A stretch of DNA of 21,812 nucleotides from a virus. The translations under genes were made by a program, and so were the position numbers. The notes under the pieces are model-generated. The model worked only from the letters and a program-made list of their open reading frames with translations. It was not told the DNA's origin and ran no database searches. Location of the stretch: UHGV virus genome UHGV-1651579; one strand, 5' to 3'. Positions 14,866 to 21,812 of the stretch are shown here, one piece after another (position 1 is the stretch's first letter; each line of letters begins with the position of its first letter).

Positions 14866-14941
14866 CGTTCCATCCTGGAACCGTACCTAACCGGTACTTC
14901 GTCATCCTGACGATTTATAAGATACCTGATTTATTATAGTA

Positions 14942-14955
14942 GGTAAATACTTACT
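14942..14955 (-). promoter_or_regulatory. P2 box copy 3 (GGTAAATACTTACT)
   Basis: overlaps stop codon of RNase HI gene; TATAAT-like hexamer immediately downstream on minus strand. Confidence 0.5.
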
Positions 14956-15559
14956 TATACTTTTGTGACAAAAACCCAATGTCATGCTTGTGAGGCATAT
15001 CAGCTGCGGAATAGGCGGCGATCTTCGCCAGACGGTCACACATTTCGTTCTCGCGATGACCTGCATGGCCTTTAACCCACTTCCAGCGGACATTATGACG
15101 ACTGGCGGCCACGTCGAGACGTTTCCAGAGATCCACGTTTTTGACTGGCTTCTTCTCAGACGTGATCCATCCGTTACGCTTCCAGCCTTTCATCCAGAGC
15201 GTCATGCCGTTTTTAAGATACTGGCTGTCGGAATGCAGGATCACGTTGCAGGGGTACTTCAGACGCTCCAGCGCAATCAGGGCGCCCATCATCTCCATCC
15301 GATTGTTGGTCGTGCTGTGGAAGCCCTCAGAAAGCTCGCGCTCTTCGCCTCGATACTGGAGAACGATACCGTAACCGCCCGGCCCGCCCGGATTTTTGAG
15401 GCAGGAGCCATCACTGAATACTTTTACGGTTTTGAGCTGGGGATTGAACTCGACTACGGGTGTGTTGAAATTGGTACAGGAATGCTGGTGGGTTTGGCAT
15501 CTGGCTTTAGACTTCGTGCGGCAGCCAGTGCGTTGCCGGACTGGGTTCTTGGTCGTCAT
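14951..15559 (-). CDS. rnhA: RNase HI with about 45-aa basic Cys/His-containing N-terminal extension (202 aa)
   Basis: body aligns with E. coli RnhA ([43 protein letters not shown]); all four catalytic acidic residues present; ATG 15559 with GGAG 5 nt upstream. Confidence 0.85.
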   Translation of the reverse strand: MTTKNPVRQRTGCRTKSKARCQTHQHSCTNFNTPVVEFNPQLKTVKVFSDGSCLKNPGGPGGYGIVLQYRGEERELSEGFHSTTNNRMEMMGALIALERLKYPCNVILHSDSQYLKNGMTLWMKGWKRNGWITSEKKPVKNVDLWKRLDVAASRHNVRWKWVKGHAGHRENEMCDRLAKIAAYSAADMPHKHDIGFLSQKYK

Positions 15560-15600
15560 TTTGGCTCCAGAATCGCGCGCCGCGACGATTTTTTTTCCCT

Positions 15601-15626
15601 CGCGCGTGTGCGCACGCGTGCGTGTA
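15601..15626. other. 26-nt perfect alternating pyrimidine-purine tract (CGCGCGTGTGCGCACGCGTGCGTGTA)
   Basis: about 45 nt upstream of rnhA ATG; potential Z-DNA-forming. Confidence 0.5.
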
Positions 15627-16136
15627 AATATTAAAAATTTTTTAGAAAAGAAAAATTACTTCCCAGAACAGGTTTTAATAAAACCTGAACTGAACGAACG
15701 AAGTGAGTGAAGTTCACCTCGAACGAAGTGAGAGGTTGTCTTTTCAAGTAATACTCTCCCAGTGAGGTGAGTACAAAATTTCCTCACCAACCTGGTCGTT
15801 TCATAACCTGAAAAGTTATGACCTAAGTCTACTGCCAGCTTAGGCTTGGGAAGTTATGGATGACAGCACCCCAGAACCGAGATCTTCCCACACTTTATGA
15901 AGGGGAGTACTGGATTCAACCTCTCGAAACACTCCAGACTCGACAATCATAAAGTGACCCTTCTCTCTGCCCACTTTGGTTCCCCCTTCCCCAACCCCTA
16001 AACGGTGCCGGTTCTACGCTGGTAGTGAGCTTTTTTAAACCTGACGCCAGTGACGCTATCCCCCACCCATCAGGTCGAGCTGCCGAAAGTATCCGGAAGC
16101 GGATAGATTGTATCACTGGTTAGTGGCGTTTTGAAT

Positions 16137-16150
16137 GGTAAGTACTTACC
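16137..16150 (-). promoter_or_regulatory. P2 box copy 4 (GGTAAGTACTTACC, perfect palindrome)
   Basis: just 3' of CDS 16153-16383; faces about 575 bp without a credible ORF before rnhA. Confidence 0.55.
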
Positions 16151-16152
16151 TA

Positions 16153-16383
16153 TTATATTGATTGATTAATTTCTCGCCCATGAAGCTGGACGTTCAGGGC
16201 AAACACCTCATTGATGAGTTCCCCTAACAGCTGTTCCACCAGCTCTTTGTGCTCGCCTGAATGAAGACATCTGAGCGACCATTCGTAGAGACTGAAAGCC
16301 TTATCGCGATCTTTCATCATGTCGCGCACTGTGGCCAGAAAATCGCTCTCAACGAGCGCTACGACGTTCGTCGGGTATACCAT
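16153..16383 (-). CDS. hypothetical protein (76 aa)
   Basis: ATG 16383 with AAGGA 8 nt upstream. Confidence 0.5.
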   Translation of the reverse strand: MVYPTNVVALVESDFLATVRDMMKDRDKAFSLYEWSLRCLHSGEHKELVEQLLGELINEVFALNVQLHGREINQSI

Positions 16384-16466
16384 GATAGTTTTCCTTACTG
16401 TGGTTCATAAAATCGATTCTAGAGCGTCTGAAGAGGGGTTCCAGTGGGTTCTGGAGGTGTAAAACG

Positions 16467-16579
16467 GTCTGGGAGTTGTTTGGAAATAACGTCTTAAAAA
16501 GCCTGCGTCTGTATATATTAATAATTAGTACTTAGTTATTTATATATACGGAAGCAGGTTCTCAAACTAACTCCCAGAC
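16467..16579. repeat. nested inverted repeat (outer GTCTGGGAGTT / AACTCCCAGAC; inner CCTGCGTCTGTATATAT / ATATATACGGAAGCAGG)
   Basis: 11-bp perfect outer arms 16467-16477 and 16569-16579; AT-rich centre contains AGTACT (P2-like half sites). Confidence 0.55.
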
Positions 16580-16585
16580 TGGTGT

Positions 16586-16972
16586 TTACGCTGCCTTTTT
16601 ACGTGGTCTCTTCTTCCTGACAACATTGGCAGGATCATAACCACCCAGCTTTTTCATCACCGCCAGCGGTATCTTGCTGATGGTGTGCCCAGCTTCCTGA
16701 CAGTAGCCACGGAAGATAAGCAACATGCTGCCACCAGGGTTGATGTTCACCTCCACCAGCCCAAGTTCAACATCCGGCTCAACGAACGCCACGCGGCCGC
16801 CAGACAAGATGACGGTTTCGTTGGCGCATTCAGCCGCACGCTCGTACCACTGCGTATCGAGGGATTGTGGTATCAGCATGACCGTCGTCACTCCACGCGC
16901 CTGCTCGCGAATGGCTGCGTCTATCCAGGGGGTGATTTTGGAGTAGGGCGGGTTGTCGCAAAAGCATCCCAA
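16586..16972 (-). pseudogene. 5'-truncated phage-type Dam-like N6-adenine methyltransferase fragment (C-terminal about 128 aa)
   Basis: begins at a TTG directly before CDNPPYS; upstream extension of the frame is not methyltransferase-like; AT-rich junction 16980-17160. Confidence 0.5.
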
Positions 16973-17137
16973 CGATGATAATGGGGATCTGATATTACCC
17001 CGTATGGCAATGTCATGTGTCTTTTCCTTTGTGGTTATTTTGATACAAATTCTAAGCGTGCATAAGAGGCGTACAACCCATACAAAACGGCATACAAAAG
17101 AATATAAAGGTACATGATAATGATAAAAAAATAAGTA

Positions 17138-17151
17138 AGTAAATACTTATC
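17138..17151 (-). promoter_or_regulatory. P2 box copy 5 (AGTAAATACTTATC)
   Basis: about 165 nt upstream of the truncated Dam fragment. Confidence 0.4.
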
Positions 17152-17412
17152 AGATAGAGCAGCAACGATTTCTAAACGTCACAAGCAATTTTATGAGAGC
17201 AGTCATTTACTGATGACAAGAAATGAAAAAGGAGAACGGACGGTGAAGTTGTGAGATGACATTTACGGCGTTTGCGTGCGTCGTCTTCAAACGCATCCGT
17301 CGGCCACAGTTTCTGCTCTTGAATAAAATTCACTCATGCATTAATCCCTAAAGCTCTCAGTGTCTTTCTAAGACACCATATTTTATGCCCGGTAAAAAGC
17401 ATGAGTTTGCCT

Positions 17413-18057
17413 TTAAAACGTCTCTGAGGGCTTCTGACGCGCTCTGCTGATGTCTATTACCCCAGCTTTTGGACGAGGGTCTACAAGATTCAACTCTTCA
17501 ACACTGTGATACTCCGTGTCGAACTCCCGATCGACATGGCGAATGTAAATGGCTGTCAGAAGGCTGTTATCATTCAGAAAGTGTCCGTAAGATTTGCGAA
17601 TTACTTCGCCAACCTTCTCAATCTTCTCTCCGCCCATGCAGAGATGGTTAAATCGGCTGTGTTTCCGCAGCATTTCATCCACCGGCCCTGAGTAGACCTT
17701 ATCAACTCTCCCGAACCGGATGATATTTCCGGTATCAGCTTCAACCAGACAAACGAGTTTGCCAGGTTCGACACGATCTCGCCAAGTGACACCAGAGCGC
17801 AGTGTGTTGAAGTAGGGAGCATCCAATCCGATGATCGGTTTACGAAATGCTAGTAGTGGCACGTAACGTATGCAGCTGTTTAGGTGGAAATGCGCACCGG
17901 CGTCGTGGAGTTTAAGCCGGGTTTCGTTAATCGGGCATTTCGAAGCAATGCCGCAAAGGTCGCAGAGCAACTTCTGTTTGTTCAGACTAGTGTTTGATTC
18001 AATGGTGTAGGAGCCATCTTCAAGACGGCGAACCCAGCGCGTGCGTTTAAGATCCAT
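17413..18057 (-). CDS. hypothetical protein with N-terminal Cys cluster (214 aa)
   Basis: ATG 18057, weak RBS; CDLCG...C pattern; adjacent to replicon iterons. Confidence 0.5.
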   Translation of the reverse strand: MDLKRTRWVRRLEDGSYTIESNTSLNKQKLLCDLCGIASKCPINETRLKLHDAGAHFHLNSCIRYVPLLAFRKPIIGLDAPYFNTLRSGVTWRDRVEPGKLVCLVEADTGNIIRFGRVDKVYSGPVDEMLRKHSRFNHLCMGGEKIEKVGEVIRKSYGHFLNDNSLLTAIYIRHVDREFDTEYHSVEELNLVDPRPKAGVIDISRARQKPSETF

Positions 18058-18253
18058 AATTCTTGTTCAAATAATTTTGTCCGGGGCAACGATAACGGAT
18101 AAGGCGCACCGGAGTTTGCAAATGCCTGTTTACTTATTCACTTTATTCACAGGCCCGATCCAATATTTAGATCCCCAGAGAGATCCTACAGAAGATCAAA
18201 AGAGATCCCCGATCGTCTCCAGCGCTTGCGGTTACTGGCTTGAGAAGGGGTTA

Positions 18254-18360
18254 CTATCCACTATAGGGAGCAAAATAACCACTGTAGAGAGCATAATAAC
18301 CGCTATGAAGAGCAAAACAACCTCTCTGGAGAGTAGTCGGTATCCACTGTAGTGAGTAGG
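18254..18360 (+). repeat. RepFIB-type iterons, upstream cluster 1 (5 units)
   Basis: about 21-bp units (T/A)A(T/A)CCACTGTAG(T/A)GAG; block 18115-18360 duplicated at 18485-18770. Confidence 0.8.
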
Positions 18361-18647
18361 AGACAATGTTTTAACTGGATAACTCCGAGCCTGTTTTTCT
18401 GCGGCAGATGGCTGATATTCTTGGAAATATTGTAAATTTTGCGTTGCGGCGTGTTTATTTCGATCACACATTATCCCCAGAAGGGGAGTGATGCCTGATT
18501 TTGTAATTATCTGATTTTTATACACAGGCCCGATCCAGTAATTCAGATCCCTGTTAGAACCAAAGAGAACCACAAAGACCCAAAGAGATCCCCGGCCCCT
18601 GCAAACCGTTGTGCCACATGGCTTTAGAGGTTATCGATATCCACTAT

Positions 18648-18765
18648 AGTGAGAATAACAACCACTATAGAGAGTAAATCAACCACTATGGAGAGTAGAA
18701 AAACCGCTGTAGGCGGTAGGATAACCACTGTGATGGGTGCTACTATCCACTGTAATCAGTAAAGG
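18648..18765 (+). repeat. RepFIB-type iterons, upstream cluster 2 (6 units)
   Basis: same core as cluster 1. Confidence 0.8.
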
Positions 18766-18799
18766 CACCCAAGCCGTCGAATAAAAAGAGACATTTGGA

Positions 18800-19855
18800 A
18801 TGAGCGTAAACGACAATAAAAACATTGCGATAAGCGAAGCATTTTCCGAAACAGACAAAAAGACCGGCGAAGTTGTTACGTTAGTTCCTAACACCAACAA
18901 CACAGTTCAGCCTGTTGCTCTGATGCGTCTTGGTCTCTTCGTTCCGACGCTGAAATCGACATCCAGGGGTAGAAAGGGGCAAATGGTCTCTATGGACGCC
19001 TCCGCTGAACTCAAACAGCTGTCTCTGGCCAAAGCCGAAGGGTACGAGGATATAAGGATTGCTGGTCTTCGTCTTGATATGGATAACGATTTCAAAACAT
19101 GGGTGGGCATCATCCACGCGTTCGCCAAGCACAAGGTTGTTGGTGACACCGTCACGTTGCCGTTCGTCGAGTTCGTCAGACTTTGTGGCATACCAACAGC
19201 CAGATCGTCCGCGAAGTTACGTAAGCGCCTGGACAGCTCTCTAAGTCGTATCGCCACAAACACCATCTCATTCCGCAGCAAAGGCTCTGAAGAGTATTAC
19301 GTTACGCACCTTGTGCAGACGGCAAAGTACAGTACCAAGAATGACACGGTCGAACTGAAGGCCGATCCTAAGATTTTCGAACTTTACCAGTTCGACAAAA
19401 AGGTGCTTTTGCAACTTCGGGCCATCAACGAACTCTCCAGAAAAGAATCCGCGCAGGCGCTCTACACCTTCATTGAAAGTTTGCCACCAGACCCGGCGCC
19501 AATCTCATTGGCTCGCTTACGCGCCAGACTTAACTTAACCAGCCGCACCATTACCCAGAATGCGACAGTCAGGAAGGCGATGGAGCAGCTGCGAGAGATC
19601 GGCTATCTCGATTACACTGAAGTGAAACGCGGCAGCTCGGTCTACTTCGTCATCCACTATAGACGGCCGAAGTTACGTTCGGCACTGCCGCCATCTATGG
19701 CTACGCCTGAAGAGCCAGAAGATATTTTGCCAGGTGATGATCCGGAGGACATTATCGATGTTGCCCCTGAAGAAAAAGACGGGGAAATGGTCATGTTGAG
19801 CAAGGAAGAACTAGCGATTCTCGAAGAGCTGCGCAAGGCAAAGGCTCGCAAATAG
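18800..19855 (+). CDS. repA: RepA replication initiator, RepFIB family (351 aa)
   Basis: recalled similarity to RepFIB RepA ([67 protein letters not shown]); iterons on both sides. Confidence 0.85.
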   Translation: MSVNDNKNIAISEAFSETDKKTGEVVTLVPNTNNTVQPVALMRLGLFVPTLKSTSRGRKGQMVSMDASAELKQLSLAKAEGYEDIRIAGLRLDMDNDFKTWVGIIHAFAKHKVVGDTVTLPFVEFVRLCGIPTARSSAKLRKRLDSSLSRIATNTISFRSKGSEEYYVTHLVQTAKYSTKNDTVELKADPKIFELYQFDKKVLLQLRAINELSRKESAQALYTFIESLPPDPAPISLARLRARLNLTSRTITQNATVRKAMEQLREIGYLDYTEVKRGSSVYFVIHYRRPKLRSALPPSMATPEEPEDILPGDDPEDIIDVAPEEKDGEMVMLSKEELAILEELRKAKARK

Positions 19856-19879
19856 CCCAACCACTGTAGAGAGTAAAAA

Positions 19880-19909
19880 GGCTCACTATCTACTGTAGTG
19901 AGCCTTTTT
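19880..19909 (+). terminator. rho-independent terminator of repA (GGCTCACTA-N7-TAGTGAGCC + T5)
   Basis: 9-bp stem followed by TTTTT, 25 nt after repA stop; stem is itself iteron-like. Confidence 0.7.
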
Positions 19910-20351
19910 GTTTATCGGAAATGCAATATCCACTGTAGTGAGTAAAAGAAACCGAAGAATAACCACTGTAGGCAGTGCGCACAAATCGCGAAGTAAATGT
20001 TAGTGGTTGCAAACATAGATAAAACAAGGGCTGAGAGGTTAGCGGTCACTGGGTATCTCTGTTAAGTCTACTCTCTACAGCGGTTATCGTCGCTCTCCTC
20101 ATTGTTGACTATCCACTGTGAAGAGCAGAATTGGCTGACTTGACCTCTATCCACTGTAGTGAGTGGATATCCGTTTAAAACAGCGAAGATTTACTCTCCA
20201 TAGTGGATATCCGCTGGAGGGGGCATTCCATCACTCTCTATAGTGGTTGTTTGTAGTCAGTGAACGCCTGTTTACTCACTACAGTGTATAGCGACCCCGA
20301 TAATCACCAATTTACTCACTGCAGTGGATAGTTGATATCGTGGCAGGGGGG

Positions 20352-20493
20352 TTGCTCACTACAGTGGTTGGGGTGCATACCCGAATGGTGTTTTACTCAC
20401 TACAGTGGTTGGGGTGCATACCCGAATGGTGTTCTACTCACTACAGTGGTTGGGGTGCATACCTGAAGGGTGTTCTACTCGCTACAGTGGTTA
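20352..20493. repeat. 41-bp tandem repeat, 3.5 units (TTACTCACTACAGTGGTTGGGGTGCATACCCGAATGGTGTT)
   Basis: period 41 bp measured between CTCAC starts at 20355, 20396, 20437, 20478; each unit contains one iteron core. Confidence 0.8.
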
Positions 20494-20546
20494 TGAGCCG
20501 GATTCACACGCGGTGAGCTGGCTACTCACCGCAGTGGATAGTGTTA

Positions 20547-20762
20547 TCAGTGGATTTTCTTCAGCAGACCCCAGAGTGTCCCGGCCTTCGTTGCGAGCTT
20601 ACCTGTTTCCGGATCGTACATGCGCCATTCACGTCGCTGGTGGACAATATACCCATCTTCACGTTCCAGTCGTTCCAGTACGCCGGACTGCTTGAACCCT
20701 TTGGCACGCCAGTAGCCGCTTGTTTTTTCGATTTCCAGACCTGTCAGTGTAACCGCCATCAA
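20547..20762 (-). CDS. hypothetical protein (71 aa)
   Basis: ATG overlaps stop of upstream gene by ATGA. Confidence 0.5.
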   Translation of the reverse strand: MMAVTLTGLEIEKTSGYWRAKGFKQSGVLERLEREDGYIVHQRREWRMYDPETGKLATKAGTLWGLLKKIH

Positions 20763-21094
20763 CTAATCTCCTTGCAGTCATCGAAAAGGTAGCTGTCGTT
20801 CTTCGCGTGAACGCCGTATACATCACCCGATTTGTTGTAAACGAACCTATCTTTACCTACGCCAGATAGTTCGCCGTTACGTTTAGTGAGAAACGGGGAA
20901 GACAGGACACGATTATCGCGTACCACATAAAACTGTTCGCCGCGGTCCACAACCATCGCGCCGTAATTAGCTTTGACGACGTTGCGGATCAGGCCGTTTT
21001 TCGCTTCGACCACAAACATTTCGCACTCATAGACATGTGTGTCCGCAAAGACGGGGAGAGTGAGCAGCGCCAGTACCAGGGCTGTTTTCTTCAT
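20759..21094 (-). CDS. secreted hypothetical protein (111 aa)
   Basis: signal peptide MKKTALVLALLTLPVFA; two Cys in mature part; ATG overlaps stop of upstream small ORF by ATGA. Confidence 0.55.
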   Translation of the reverse strand: MKKTALVLALLTLPVFADTHVYECEMFVVEAKNGLIRNVVKANYGAMVVDRGEQFYVVRDNRVLSSPFLTKRNGELSGVGKDRFVYNKSGDVYGVHAKNDSYLFDDCKEIS

Positions 21095-21270
21095 GCCACG
21101 ACTCCTTTGAAAACGCCTAATGCTGAGTCGAAGACCAGTACTACGGCCAGCGCATTGATCATCACATCATTAACAGGCGCCAGCGCTTTACGGATTGCCC
21201 CTGTGAAGATGCAGTCGAGCACAAAGGCTATCGAGATAATAAGTAACGTGATATCTAATGAAATTTTCAT
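21091..21270 (-). CDS. possible small membrane protein (59 aa, MKISLDITLLIISIAFVLDCIFTGAIRKALAPVNDVMINALAVVLVFDSALGVFKGVVA)
   Basis: hand-translated; below ORF-track cutoff; stop overlaps ATG of 20759-21094 by ATGA; weak RBS. Confidence 0.3.
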   Translation of the reverse strand: MKISLDITLLIISIAFVLDCIFTGAIRKALAPVNDVMINALAVVLVFDSALGVFKGVVA

Positions 21271-21309
21271 GATAGGTAAATGCTAACTTATATATTTTTG
21301 CTGTAAATA

Positions 21310-21585
21310 TCACTTAAAAGTGCTGATACCCAAAATGCGCTCAAGATGGGCCGCGTCTTCATCGCTTACCAGCATTGTGTCGTCAACGTACCAGCAGCTA
21401 CCGTTGTGCCAACAAACACCGTCATCATCGATATAAATAGAATCCGCATCCATTCCTGTGTATTCAACTAGATTGCGTTCAATTGCCGCTTGAATTTCTT
21501 CATCGTTCAGCCCGTCGCACTTGATCATGAACAACGGGTAAACGTCATAGTCGGTACTAGATGAAATGCGAACCAAAGTCTTCAT
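21310..21585 (-). CDS. hypothetical protein (91 aa)
   Basis: ATG 21585 with AAGGA about 9 nt upstream (track ORF extends to 21648); P2 box 21602-21615 in promoter. Confidence 0.5.
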   Translation of the reverse strand: MKTLVRISSSTDYDVYPLFMIKCDGLNDEEIQAAIERNLVEYTGMDADSIYIDDDGVCWHNGSCWYVDDTMLVSDEDAAHLERILGISTFK

Positions 21586-21601
21586 GTGTTTTTTCCTTGT
21601 T

Positions 21602-21615
21602 GGTAAGTACTTATC
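21602..21615 (-). promoter_or_regulatory. P2 box copy 6 (GGTAAGTACTTATC)
   Basis: about 17 nt upstream of ATG 21585, immediately after a TAAGAT -10-like hexamer; followed by CAACAAGGAAAAAACAC resembling the P1 cassette leader. Confidence 0.55.
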
Positions 21616-21653
21616 TATCTTAATGGGCGCTATAAGGCGCACAATCATTGTGT

Positions 21654-21812
21654 TCAGGCTGGTGGAAAGAACTTCTCCAGCGTGTGGTTGATAGCCTTAT
21701 CAATGTGCATCAGGTGCCAGACGACCATATCTTTGCTTCCAATGCCGCGAGTGTAGATGAAGTGGTCAACAAAAACTGGCCACCGAGTTAGAGTTTTTCC
21801 AGTATCGATTTT
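21654..21812 (-). CDS. 3' end of a gene entering from the right window edge (last 52 codons)
   Basis: open minus-strand frame from 21812 to TGA at 21654-21656; not in ORF track because its start lies outside the window. Confidence 0.35.
   Translation of the reverse strand, partial: KIDTGKTLTRWPVFVDHFIYTRGIGSKDMVVWHLMHIDKAINHTLEKFFPPA

Larger units (their letters stand above)
19859..20560. repeat. RepFIB-type iterons, downstream cluster (both orientations)
   Basis: many CCACTGTAGTGAG / CTCACTACAGTGG units. Confidence 0.8.

Noticed and set aside
14984-15634. 216-aa plus-strand ORF
   Set aside because: Antisense to the RNase HI gene, whose minus-strand translation matches RnhA along its length.
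18041-18573. ORFs 18041-18352 (plus) and 18232-18573 (minus) upstream of repA
   Set aside because: They are translations of the iteron arrays (repetitive peptide sequence); the region is the replication origin.
20352-20493. Possible CRISPR array
   Set aside because: The 41-bp units are directly tandem with no unique spacers and each contains a RepFIB iteron core; they belong to the replicon repeats.
1-21812. Insertion sequences or transposases, tRNA, rRNA
   Set aside because: No ORF with transposase-like motifs, no long terminal inverted repeats flanking a transposase-sized ORF, and no tRNA or rRNA-like sequence seen.

Overview
This window reads as a plasmid accessory region of enterobacterial style. 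The right end (about 18.1-20.6 kb) is a RepFIB-type iteron replicon: repA at 18800-19855 flanked by roughly 21-bp CCACTGTAGTGAG-type iterons. The rest carries about 30 mostly small genes, nearly all on the minus strand and mostly without recognisable homology. Two palindromic motifs recur in front of these genes: 13 copies of an AAACAA-N-TTGTTT box inside a reusable promoter/leader cassette, and 6 copies of a GGTAAGTACTTACC-like 14-bp palindrome. Recognisable genes include a PsiB-like gene, a gene behind a consensus LexA box, an orphan gamma-class N6-adenine methyltransferase with a large N-terminal domain, an intact RNase HI with an N-terminal extension, a 5'-truncated Dam-like methyltransferase remnant, and an AT-rich insert encoding a protein with a C-terminal Mrr-type nuclease domain. 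I read the whole as a leading-region-like establishment or anti-defence gene array with a shared, apparently undescribed regulatory architecture; this is inference from sequence alone. Other structure: 22-bp iteron-like arrays at 857-972 and 4841-4972, a 0.9-kb GT-rich non-coding tract at 5000-5900, at least 12 Chi octamers, and a recurring hairpin element. I found no tRNA, rRNA, CRISPR array or transposase. All protein assignments are from motif recognition by eye, not from searches.
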